Positions 9,316 through 18,279 of a DNA stretch of 64,000 nucleotides are shown piece by piece. How positions within the stretch are numbered: the first letter of the stretch is position 1; each line of letters begins with the position of its first letter. Both the position numbers and the translations under genes were made by a program. The notes beneath the pieces were generated by a model. The model had not been told where the DNA came from, searched no databases, and saw only the letters and a list, made by a program, of their open reading frames with translations. The DNA is from Armatimonadota bacterium. GTDB taxonomy: Bacteria > Armatimonadota > Fimbriimonadia > Fimbriimonadales > GBS-DC. The stretch is taken from the NCBI GenBank assembly GCA_037444405.1, contig JBBIML010000009.1:96001-160000 (forward strand), given 5' to 3'.

Positions 9316-11189
9316 GTGAGCGCCTCCAGCACGCGCAGGGCGATCTGGGCGTTGCCTGCGGGCGGCATCAGATAGATGCCCTGCGCGTAGGGCGCCGCGG
9401 CGCGGACGAACGCCTGCGCAATCTCCAGCCCCACCTCCAGCGCGCGCTCTTCGGGCGCCTCCGCCATCCGACGCAGTACCGCTTCAGGAATGCGGATGCC
9501 CGGCACCTCGTTATGCATGAACTCGGCGTGGCGGGCGCTGCGCAGGGGCAGCACGCCCACAAACCACGGCACGCCCAGCCGCTGGCACAGCTCCGCCGTC
9601 GCCTCCACAATCGGCAGCTCGAAAATCGGCTGCGTGTAGACCAGATGCGCCCCCTCGTCCACCTTGCGCTGGAGCCGTTCGCGCTCCAGCGCCAGATCGG
9701 GCGCCAGCGGGTTATAGGCGACGGCAATCGTGAAGTTCGCCCGCATGCCAATCGTGTTGCCCGCCAGATCGATGCCCTCGTTGAACCGCTTCAGAATGCG
9801 CACCAGCCCGATGGCGTCCACATCGAACACGCTGGTGGCGGTCGGATAGTCGCCGATCTGGGCGGGGTCGCCCGTGATTGCCAGCACATTGCGGATGCCC
9901 AGCGCGTGCGCGCCCAGCAGGTCCGACTGAATCGCCAGCAGGTTGCGGTCGCGGCAGGCGAAGTGCATCATCACTTCAATCCCTGCCTGCTCCTGAATGA
10001 GGTGCGAGATTGCCATCACATTCATACGCAGGCGGGCACGCGCCCCGTCTGAGATATCGATCAGATGCACGCCATTCTCTTTGAGCAGGCGGGCGCTCTC
10101 AATCACCTTCTGCACGGTCAGTCCGCGCGGCAGGTCCAATTCCACCGTGATGACGCGCTCTTTGCCCAGCCGTTGCGCGAGCCGGGAGGGGCTGGCGAGC
10201 GGCAGTTCGGCGGGCGGGCGCTCGCGCGGGGCGACGCTGACCGTGACGGCGGCGCGGCGCGGCTTCGCGCTCGCCACTGCACGGGCGACAGCGCAAATGT
10301 GGTCGGGCGTCGTGCCGCAGCAGCCTCCGACAATCTGTGCGCCCGCCTCCACCAGCCGCGCCGCATAGCGCCCGAAATAGTCGGGCTGAATATCGTACAC
10401 CACCTGACCGCGCACCAGCTGGGGCAAGCCGGGCGTCGGCATCGCCGAGAGGGGCAACTCGCTCGCATGCACCATCATGCGGATGATATCCAGCATGCGC
10501 TGGGGACCCACCACGCAGTTGGCGCCTATCGCGTCCACGCTGAGTGTGCTGAGGTGGCGGGCGAACCGTTCGGGCAAGCCCTCCATCAGCGTCTCGCCGT
10601 CCTCAATAAAGCCTTTGGAGGCGATCAGCGGCAGGTCGGGCGCGAGGCGACGCACCGCGCGGATGGCGACCTCCAGCTCGCGCGGGTCGGTGAAGGTCTC
10701 CAGAATGATGCCGTCGACGCCCGCCTCAATGAGCGCCTGCGCCTGCTCGGTGAACGCCTGCTCCGCCTCCTGCAGCCGAATCTCGCCTAACGGCTCCAGC
10801 GGCTTGCCGACGGGTCCGATGGAGCCGAAGATGAGCGCGTCGCTGCCCACCGTGTCGCGTGCCAGCTCCACCGCCCGCTGATTGATGCGGCGCACCAGCT
10901 CGTCAGGCGAGCCGTACTGCTCCAGCAGGCTCTGCGCGGGTGGCAACTCGCTGCCCCGTTCGGGAATGTTCAGCAGGCGGATGCGGTTCGAGGTGTAGGT
11001 GTTGGTCTCGATCAGCCGTGCGCCCGCCTCGTAATAGTCGCGGTGGATCTGCTGAACCAGTTCGGGCTGGGTCAGGTTCGCCAGATCGTAGGGCATCGGG
11101 ACGCCCCGCAGCGCGAGCATCGTGCCCATCGCCCCGTCGGCAACCAGCACCCCCTGTGCCAATCGCTCCGCAAACTCCTGACGCGTCAT
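9312..11189 (-). CDS. Bifunctional homocysteine S-methyltransferase / methylenetetrahydrofolate reductase (YitJ-like)
   Basis: VADGAMGT, ETNT, GANC, GGCCGTTP, then MTHFR domain CRDRN, TGDP, TQPIF, HNEVPGI; start MTRQEF at 11189. Confidence 0.93.
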   Translation of the reverse strand: MTRQEFAERLAQGVLVADGAMGTMLALRGVPMPYDLANLTQPELVQQIHRDYYEAGARLIETNTYTSNRIRLLNIPERGSELPPAQSLLEQYGSPDELVRRINQRAVELARDTVGSDALIFGSIGPVGKPLEPLGEIRLQEAEQAFTEQAQALIEAGVDGIILETFTDPRELEVAIRAVRRLAPDLPLIASKGFIEDGETLMEGLPERFARHLSTLSVDAIGANCVVGPQRMLDIIRMMVHASELPLSAMPTPGLPQLVRGQVVYDIQPDYFGRYAARLVEAGAQIVGGCCGTTPDHICAVARAVASAKPRRAAVTVSVAPRERPPAELPLASPSRLAQRLGKERVITVELDLPRGLTVQKVIESARLLKENGVHLIDISDGARARLRMNVMAISHLIQEQAGIEVMMHFACRDRNLLAIQSDLLGAHALGIRNVLAITGDPAQIGDYPTATSVFDVDAIGLVRILKRFNEGIDLAGNTIGMRANFTIAVAYNPLAPDLALERERLQRKVDEGAHLVYTQPIFELPIVEATAELCQRLGVPWFVGVLPLRSARHAEFMHNEVPGIRIPEAVLRRMAEAPEERALEVGLEIAQAFVRAAAPYAQGIYLMPPAGNAQIALRVLEALT

Positions 11190-11299
11190 CTTCAGGGGGA
11201 TTGTACCATAAGCGGGCGTTCCACACCCATGCGCGAGCGGGTCTAATGGCGGCATCCTCAGCGGGACTCGCCCCCGCCGATTGCGTTCAACACCACCTC

Positions 11300-11664
11300 T
11301 CCAATCGCCTCTGCCTGTCAGATTACGGAGTCGCTGCAGGTCTTTCTGGGGTACAGGACCTTTGGCAATTATGAGCAACGCAAACATTTCCAGTCGGTCC
11401 ACGCTTTCAACCTGTTTCGCAATATACTTTCTTAGTCCCTGCGGCGCGTTCTGGAGCGCCAGCTTCGGGTTCGTCGCCCCTCGCAGCTCTTCCAGTAGGT
11501 AGCGGGCGTAGAGCGTCAGCCCTTCGATACGCTGGTGGAGCTGGCGGATAAAGGATATGTCCCAGTTGCAGCAGCAGGTGGGCATAGGCGTACTCCACGC
11601 GCGTGCCCAGCCCGCCCAGCTCCTCGCGCGTGGAGAAGAACAGGATGGCGCCGCCGCTCTGCAA
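11300..11664 (-). pseudogene. Degraded gene fragment(s), possibly a STAND/AAA NTPase helical region
   Basis: Protein-like stretch QRIEGLTLYARYLLEEL...APQGLRKY with no proper start; switches frame; locally lower GC. Confidence 0.35.
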
Positions 11665-11715
11665 GCAGGTGTGCTGGGAGAGATTCGCAATACATGGGCG
11701 CCGTTACATAGCCAG

Positions 11716-11742
11716 GCAGGAGGCTCGCTTCGCAGGGCGAAT
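11716..11742 (+). promoter_or_regulatory. SigH-like promoter (GCAGGA-N17-GAAT)
   Basis: Exact motif 22 nt before the ATG at 11765. Confidence 0.6.
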
Positions 11743-11764
11743 CGACCCCGTTAGAGGCGTGGCG

Positions 11765-12609
11765 ATGATAACGGCGAGCAAGCAGTACGGGCTGCAACCA
11801 GAGGAGGTTGCCTTCTATCATGAGAACGGCTACCTGCACCTGCCGGGCGTGCTGGCGCCTGAAGAGGCGGCGTATTTGCGCGAGGAGGCGCACGCGTTGA
11901 TTCGGCGGCTGATGACCGCCTGGGACGACGAGCAGGCGGTTCAGGCACGATGGGGCAGCGCACAGCTCATCACCGAGATGCCCATCAGCTTGCTGCACTG
12001 CCATAATGTGCAGTTCCACAGCGCGGCGTTCACCCGCCTGATTTGCGACCCGCGCCTGACCGACCGAATCGCGGATCTGATCGGACCCAATATCCAGCTG
12101 CATCACACCAAGCTCTTTATCAAGCCGCCAGAGCGCGGTGCGCCCTTCCCGCTCCATCAGGACTACCCCTACTTTCCCCACGAGAAACACACAATGCTGG
12201 CGGCGGTGTTCTTCTTCGATGACGCACCGCCTGAAAAGGGCTGCCTGTGCGTGGTGCCCGGCAGCCACCGGCTGGGACCGCTGCCACTGACCCCGAAGGC
12301 GGCTGGCACCTGCCGATTGAGCAGTACCCGCTGGAGATGGCAATCCCCATCCCCGCGCACGCAGGTGATGTGGTGGTGTTCAACTACCTTACCATTCACG
12401 GCTCCGGGGTCAACCGCACGCAGGAGTCACGCACCACCTTGCTGGTTCAGATGCGCGACCCGACTGACCACCCAACGAAGGCGGTTCACCTGTCGCGCGG
12501 GCAGGGCATGATGCTGCGCGGCATCGACCCGCAAGCCGACGCGGGTCCACACACCGATTCAACATCACGCTACCTGAAGCAACTAACGGAGTCCAGACAG
12601 GGAGGCTGA
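11765..12609 (+). pseudogene. Phytanoyl-CoA dioxygenase (PhyH) family Fe(II)/2OG oxygenase, frameshifted at ~12287
   Basis: FYHENGYL, HQD and VVPGSH in one frame; AGDVVVF...IHGS..NRT in the next frame. May be an assembly indel. Confidence 0.8.
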
Positions 12610-12610
12610 T

Positions 12611-13357
12611 ATGAGACAGAGCAAGCGCAATCCGTATGGCAAATTTCGGATGGGCGTTCAGAGCTATTCGCTGCGTCATTTTGGCTTCGAGCGCGCGCTG
12701 GAGCTGATTCGCGAACTGGGGCTGAACCTGTGCGAGGCGTTCCCGAACCATCTGCCCTACTTTATGCCGCGCGAGCAGTGGGCGACGATGCAGGCGACGG
12801 TCAAACGCTCAGGCGTGCAGGTGGTCGCCTATGGCGTGGTAGGCTTCGGCGCGGATGAGAAGTCCGCCCGCACCATCTTTGAGTTCGCGAAGGTGATGGG
12901 CATCGAGGTGCTGACCGCCGACCCCGAACCCGTTAGTTTCGGCTATCTTGCCCGACTGTGCGACGAGTTCAAAATCCCCATCGCCATCCACAACCATGGA
13001 CCCGGCTCCCGCTACGATAAGATCAAAGATGTGGAGCAGGCGATGGCGGGTCAACCCGACTGGATCGGCGCGTGCATCGACACGGGGCACTTCCTGCGTT
13101 CGGGCGAGGACCCGGTGGAGGCGGTGCGACGCTTCGGCAAGCGCGTGCATGCCGTCCACCTGAAGGATGTCAAGGGGCGCACGACCTTCACGGTGCTGGG
13201 CAGGGGCGATCTGGATACGGTCGGCTTTCTGCGGGCGCTGCAGGCGGCAGGCTTCAGAGGCTGTCTGGCGCTGGAGTACGAAGAGAACCCCGAAGACCCG
13301 ATTGCCGACATGCGCGAATGCCTGCAGGTGGTGCAGCAGGCGGTACGCCGCATGTAG
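12611..13357 (+). CDS. Sugar phosphate isomerase/epimerase (xylose-isomerase-like TIM barrel)
   Basis: GVQSYSLR, IHNHG, DTGH, VHLKD, LEYE. Confidence 0.88.
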   Translation: MRQSKRNPYGKFRMGVQSYSLRHFGFERALELIRELGLNLCEAFPNHLPYFMPREQWATMQATVKRSGVQVVAYGVVGFGADEKSARTIFEFAKVMGIEVLTADPEPVSFGYLARLCDEFKIPIAIHNHGPGSRYDKIKDVEQAMAGQPDWIGACIDTGHFLRSGEDPVEAVRRFGKRVHAVHLKDVKGRTTFTVLGRGDLDTVGFLRALQAAGFRGCLALEYEENPEDPIADMRECLQVVQQAVRRM

Positions 13358-13381
13358 GGGCGAGGCATGCCTCGCCCCTAC
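13354..13381. repeat. Perfect 28-bp GTAG-type REP palindrome, also a probable bidirectional terminator
   Basis: GTAGGGGCGAGGCA|TGCCTCGCCCCTAC between convergent genes. Confidence 0.85.
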
Positions 13382-14295
13382 TCTCCGCTGAGCGCGTACT
13401 CGAGGCAGGCGCAGCGGGCTGCCAGCCCATAGCGCACCTGCTGTAAAATCAGCGAGCGTGCGCCGTCGGCAACCGCGTCGCTGATCTCCACCCCGCGCCG
13501 AACGGGTCCCGGATGCATCACGACGCAATCGGCTCGGGCGCAGGCGAGGCTACGCTCGTTGATTTGATAGTCGCGGCGGTAGGCGTTCAGGCTGGGCACA
13601 AGCCCCTGCTGCATGCGCTCCAGCTGCAGGCGGAGCGCCATCACCACATCGGTGTTCTGGAGCGCCTCCTGCAGGCGGGTGGTCATGCGGGCATCGGGCA
13701 GGGGCGCATCGGGCAGCAGGGTTGGCGGCGCACAGAGCCACACCTCCGCGCCCGCCTGCGTCAGCAGAATCAGGTTCGAACGCGCCACGCGGCTGTGTGC
13801 AATATCGCCCACGATGGCTATCTTGCGCCCTGCGAGCCAGCGTGTGGCGGGGTCAGGCATGCCGAAGTGAACCCACAGCGTGTAGAGGTCGAGCAGCGCC
13901 TGCGTGGGGTGCTGGTGTGCGCCGTCGCCCGCGTTGAGGACGGGCGCGGTCGCCACTCGCGCAGCAGCGTGCGCCGCACCCGCTTCAGGATGGCGCAACA
14001 CAATCCCCTTCACGCCCTGCGCACAGAGCGTGCGAACGGTATCCGTCAGCGTTTCGCCCTTCTGGATGCTGGCGCCTGCTGCCGTGATGACCAGCGGATG
14101 CAGACCCAGCTGGAGCGCCGCCTGCTCAAAAGCCGCGCGAGTGCGCGTGCTTGGCTCATAGAACAGCAGTGCAAGCACGCCCCGCACCACTTGCGGGTGA
14201 ACCGACTGCCCGTCGTTCAGGCGCCGCTGCCACGCATGCGTGCGCAGCAGCATGTCGGGCATCGGCAGGTCATTCGCCGTGAGAATATGGCGCAC
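13378..14295 (-). CDS. pyrB: Aspartate carbamoyltransferase catalytic subunit
   Basis: FYEPSTRT, NAGDG.HQHPTQ, GDIAHSRVARS, RLQLER, MHPGP; GTG start after GGAGG. Confidence 0.95.
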   Translation of the reverse strand: MRHILTANDLPMPDMLLRTHAWQRRLNDGQSVHPQVVRGVLALLFYEPSTRTRAAFEQAALQLGLHPLVITAAGASIQKGETLTDTVRTLCAQGVKGIVLRHPEAGAAHAAARVATAPVLNAGDGAHQHPTQALLDLYTLWVHFGMPDPATRWLAGRKIAIVGDIAHSRVARSNLILLTQAGAEVWLCAPPTLLPDAPLPDARMTTRLQEALQNTDVVMALRLQLERMQQGLVPSLNAYRRDYQINERSLACARADCVVMHPGPVRRGVEISDAVADGARSLILQQVRYGLAARCACLEYALSGE

Positions 14296-14562
14296 GGTCG
14301 CCTCCTCGCCTCCAGCCTCTCCAAGGCAGGCTACCCAGCCCTTTGTGAAAGGGTCATCCAATTTTACCCTCCCTGGTTTCAATCCTTCAGAGACGGTCTT
14401 GGACAAGGAACCGGGTAGTACACACGACTGGTCGCCGAGGCGTGTGGAATACCAGCAGCACCATATCTGCTTTCGGCTGCTACAAGGTCTTCTTGAACCC
14501 CTTACTGCTTCAGGAGCGCGTCATTCATCTGGCGCCAGAGGGGGGCGGGTATACTCTCGTTG

Positions 14563-15792
14563 ATGGAGAAAATGGCAACGGTACGCGCGTTTCGAGCGGT
14601 GCGCTATGCTCGATTGATTCCCGAAGTGGTGGCGCCACCCTATGATGTGATCGACGCCGCTCAGCGGGCGGAACTGACCCGCCTCAGCCCGTACAACATC
14701 GTGCATCTGACCCTGCCCGAAGATGGCGAGGCGCGCTATCAGCGGGCACAGAAACTGCTCCAGCACTGGCTGGCGGAAGGCGTGCTGCAAACCGACCCCG
14801 AGCCCGCCCTCTATCGCTACAGCCAGCAATTTATTGACCCGCTGACAGGCGCCTCTCGCACCCGCACGGGCTACTTCGTGCTGCTGCACACGGAACCATA
14901 TGAGCGCGGCGTCGTATTGCCCCACGAACACACCTTTCCGGGCGTCAAAGAGGACCGTTTCCGCCTGCTGGAGGCGACACGCACCCATTTAGAAGCGATT
15001 TTCGGGCTGTATGAGCCGACGCCCGCATTGCAGACGGCGCTGGAAGGCGTCCTCTGGGAGCCGATTGCCTATCTGGAAGGGCACGACCTGCCCGAAGGAT
15101 GCATGCACCGACTGGAGCGACTGACCAATCCCGTGCTGATTGAGCGCATCGAGCGCGCCTTTCAGGAGGTGCGCGTCTGGATTGCCGATGGGCATCACCG
15201 TTATGAGACCGCCCTGCGCTTCGGGGAGCAATATGGCAGCGATGGCTCGCCCGAACGCTTTCTGCCCATCCTGCTGGTGCCCATCGATGACCCCGGTCTG
15301 GTCATCCTGCCGACCCATCGCCTGCTTGCAGGGTTGCCAGCGGGCACGCCTGCCGAGTGGCAGGCTCGCCTTGAACCCGCGTTTGAGGTTCAACCTGTTC
15401 CGCTGGAGGCGCTCCGGGAGCGCGTGCAGGCGTCGGGCGGCACGGCGGTTGGCTTTCTGTGGCGTGAGGGTGCATGGCTTGTTCGCCCGCGAGCGCTGAA
15501 CGCCCCGCCCGATGTGCCCGATGCCCTCGCGCGGCTCGACGCATGGTGGCTGCACGAGCGACTGATGCCTGCGCTGGGTTATGGCTCGGTCGATATCCGC
15601 TACACGCGCTCGGCGGAGGAGGCAATTAACGCGGTGCGCACAGGCACAAGCGCGGCAGCGTTTTTGCTGAACCCGCCCACCATCACCACACTCCAGCAGG
15701 TGGCGCAGGCGGGCGCCCGCATGCCGCATAAATCTACCTACTTCTACCCGAAGGTGCTGTCGGGGCTGGTAATGTGGAGGATCGGACCGTGA
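14563..15792 (+). CDS. DUF1015 family protein
   Basis: APPYDVI, LPHEHT, IADGHHRYETA, MPHKSTYFYPK. Confidence 0.93.
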   Translation: MEKMATVRAFRAVRYARLIPEVVAPPYDVIDAAQRAELTRLSPYNIVHLTLPEDGEARYQRAQKLLQHWLAEGVLQTDPEPALYRYSQQFIDPLTGASRTRTGYFVLLHTEPYERGVVLPHEHTFPGVKEDRFRLLEATRTHLEAIFGLYEPTPALQTALEGVLWEPIAYLEGHDLPEGCMHRLERLTNPVLIERIERAFQEVRVWIADGHHRYETALRFGEQYGSDGSPERFLPILLVPIDDPGLVILPTHRLLAGLPAGTPAEWQARLEPAFEVQPVPLEALRERVQASGGTAVGFLWREGAWLVRPRALNAPPDVPDALARLDAWWLHERLMPALGYGSVDIRYTRSAEEAINAVRTGTSAAAFLLNPPTITTLQQVAQAGARMPHKSTYFYPKVLSGLVMWRIGP

Positions 15793-16508
15793 AAGTAATC
15801 GGTGTGATTCCTGCGCGGATGGCTGCCACGCGCCTGCCGGGCAAGCCGCTGCTGCCCATCGCGGGCAAGCCGATGATCCAGTGGGTGTGGGAGCGTGCGC
15901 GTCAGGCGCGGAGCCTGCACGAACTCTACATCGCCACGCCCGATGCTGAGATTCTGCAGGCTGCCGAATCGTTCGGCGCACGCGCCATGCTCACCAGCCA
16001 CGCGCATCGCAGCGGCACCGACCGACTGGCAGAGGTCGCCCGCCGTACCGACGGCGATATCTATGTGAACATCCAGGGCGATGAGCCGCTTCTGGACCCG
16101 CGCGGCATCGATGTCGCGGTCGAACCCCTTCTGCGCGACCCGCAGGTGATGATGAGCAGCCTCTATTGCGTCGCGGAACCTGGTGAGTATGACCTGCCCA
16201 GCGTGGTGAAGGTGGTGCTGGACCAGCAGGGGAACGCGCTCTACTTCTCCCGCTCGCGCATCCCCTACCCGCGCGAGGCGACCGATCTGCCCGTTTACAA
16301 GCATATCGGACTCTATGTCTATCGGCGCGAGCTGCTGCTGCAGTTTGCGGAATGGGAGCCGACCCCGCTGGAGCGCACCGAAGCGCTGGAGCAGCTGCGC
16401 GTGCTGGAACACGGCTACCGTATCCGCATGGTGCCGTTCGAGCATGCTTCGATTGCGGTCGACACCGAAGCCGACCTCGCCCGTGTGCGCCAGATTTTAG
16501 AATCGTGA
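15789..16508 (+). CDS. kdsB: 3-deoxy-manno-octulosonate cytidylyltransferase
   Basis: IPAR...[35 protein letters not shown]. Confidence 0.95.
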   Translation: MKVIGVIPARMAATRLPGKPLLPIAGKPMIQWVWERARQARSLHELYIATPDAEILQAAESFGARAMLTSHAHRSGTDRLAEVARRTDGDIYVNIQGDEPLLDPRGIDVAVEPLLRDPQVMMSSLYCVAEPGEYDLPSVVKVVLDQQGNALYFSRSRIPYPREATDLPVYKHIGLYVYRRELLLQFAEWEPTPLERTEALEQLRVLEHGYRIRMVPFEHASIAVDTEADLARVRQILES

Positions 16509-16545
16509 ATTTCCGCCACCTCACGCTTTCTGGCGTGTCGAAAAA

Positions 16546-16572
16546 GCAGGGATGTCCTCGTAAGGGTAGAAT
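16546..16572 (+). promoter_or_regulatory. SigH-like (GCAGGG-N17-GAAT) promoter overlapping a GG-TAGAAT -10
   Basis: Direct motif match upstream of the prepilin pair. Confidence 0.45.
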
Positions 16573-16588
16573 CACAAAGGTGGTGGTA

Positions 16589-17344
16589 ATGATGCGCAGG
16601 CGCGGCTTTACCTTAATCGAGTTGCTGGTCGTTATCGCGATTATCGCCATACTGGCGGCGATCCTGTTCCCTGTGTTCGCGCAGGTGCGCGAGAAGGGGC
16701 GCCAGAGCGCATGCATCTCGAATCTGAACCAGATATCGAAGGCGTTCCTGATGTATGCGAACGACTATAGCCAGATGATGCCCGTTGTGGCATGGGCGTT
16801 TCGCCCCGTATCGCCTGATGCGCTCCTGTGGACGGGAATGATTGCGCCCTATGTGAAGGACACGGGCGTGTATCGCTGTCCCTCCGCGCCGAATGTGGGC
16901 TATGGCGCGGTCTGGCGCGACCGCCTGAACCTGGGCTATGGGCTGAACTGGTTCTGGGGCTTGCCCTATACCTCCTCGATGGATTACATCGTTTCCCTGA
17001 GCAAAGTAACGCGCCCAGCAGCGGCGATTCTGGTGATGGACAGTGTGGTGGACCCGGCGGCGCCTGAGCCGCTGGGCGGCTTCATGGTCATGCCGTTCGG
17101 CTTTGAGAATCGCACGCGCGTATTACCCATGAACAAGACGGGCGGCTACTCCACGCGCCATGCAGAGGGAACAATTGTTTCCTTTGCGGATGGGCATGCC
17201 AAATGGTTCCGTGGAGATACCCTCTACGCACGCCAATCGAACGGCACGCCTATTCTGCAGGCGACCGACGAAACCCTTTTTGACTGCAACCCACCCAAAC
17301 TCAAGTGGGCGGTGCATCTGGGGGAGCGTACTTCGTGCCCATAA
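16589..17344 (+). CDS. Prepilin-type N-methylation / DUF1559 protein with H-X9-DG motif
   Basis: [50 protein letters not shown]. Confidence 0.93.
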   Translation: MMRRRGFTLIELLVVIAIIAILAAILFPVFAQVREKGRQSACISNLNQISKAFLMYANDYSQMMPVVAWAFRPVSPDALLWTGMIAPYVKDTGVYRCPSAPNVGYGAVWRDRLNLGYGLNWFWGLPYTSSMDYIVSLSKVTRPAAAILVMDSVVDPAAPEPLGGFMVMPFGFENRTRVLPMNKTGGYSTRHAEGTIVSFADGHAKWFRGDTLYARQSNGTPILQATDETLFDCNPPKLKWAVHLGERTSCP

Positions 17345-17356
17345 GGAGGTATTGTT

Positions 17357-18205
17357 ATGCGACACAAAGGTTTCACGCTGATTGAACTACTGGTCGTGAT
17401 CGCGATTATCGCCATTCTGGCGGCGATTCTGTTCCCCGTGTTCGCGCAGGCGCGCAAGAAGGCGGAGCAGACCGCCTGCCTGACCCATCAGCGCCAGCTG
17501 GGGCAAGCAGTCATGATGTATCTCACCGACTATGACCATGTTTATCCGCCAGCGGCAGAGGGCACAGGGCTGGTTCCCAACTGGGCGGAGCGAATCTTTC
17601 CCTATGTGAAGAGCCTGGACATGTATCGCTGCCCCACTCAGGGTATCGCCTACGATGTGTTGCGACGCTGGTATAACATCGGTCGCGCGCAGGCGGACCA
17701 AATCTATCGGGTTTATGGGGTGCGCAACTTCTCGGCGAACGCCTATGTAATCGCGTGGATTAACCCGCCGTATCAGCGGGCAGGTCCGGGCAGAGTGCGC
17801 TCGGACGCCGAGATAGAGGAGCCGGCTCGCACGATCATGTTCAACGAGTGTGTCGGGGTGGGCACGGTGCTGCATCGGGCGCCTGACGGAACCCCCGTAC
17901 CGGGCAATATGCAGTGGTGGTGGGCAATCTCGGATGAGTGCTGGGTCTGTGCGGAAGCCGATCGGGATCAGGACCTCGACGCCAACTTCTGGACGAGCCT
18001 CATCGCCCACAACAATGGCAGCAACTACACCCTGGCGGATGGGCACGCGAAATGGTTCCGTCCTGACCAGACCTACATGCCCCGCCGCTGCCAGGGCAAC
18101 ACCCCCATCGGCAATATGTGGCAGTGGGGCGAAACCACCCTGGGACGCTGCGGCACCGATTGCCCGATCCATATGCGGCAGGCGGTGAGCAACTTCTGCC
18201 GCTAA
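17357..18205 (+). CDS. Prepilin-type N-methylation / DUF1559 protein with H-X9-DG motif
   Basis: [10 protein letters not shown]..., [18 protein letters not shown]. Confidence 0.93.
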   Translation: MRHKGFTLIELLVVIAIIAILAAILFPVFAQARKKAEQTACLTHQRQLGQAVMMYLTDYDHVYPPAAEGTGLVPNWAERIFPYVKSLDMYRCPTQGIAYDVLRRWYNIGRAQADQIYRVYGVRNFSANAYVIAWINPPYQRAGPGRVRSDAEIEEPARTIMFNECVGVGTVLHRAPDGTPVPGNMQWWWAISDECWVCAEADRDQDLDANFWTSLIAHNNGSNYTLADGHAKWFRPDQTYMPRRCQGNTPIGNMWQWGETTLGRCGTDCPIHMRQAVSNFCR

Positions 18206-18279
18206 TACACGCTTTCGATTGAAAGGAAGCATTCTCACCCGATAGCGGGTGGAAAAAAACCAAACGAGGAGGTGCAGCG

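Noticed and set aside
11190..11690. 167-aa N-terminal extension of the yitJ-like gene or a SAM riboswitch
   Set aside because: Homology starts at MTRQEF with a promoter box 10 nt upstream; no S-box consensus was recognised.
14296..14406. N-terminal extension of pyrB
   Set aside because: A strong GGAGG RBS and the family N-terminus (RHIL) support GTG 14295.
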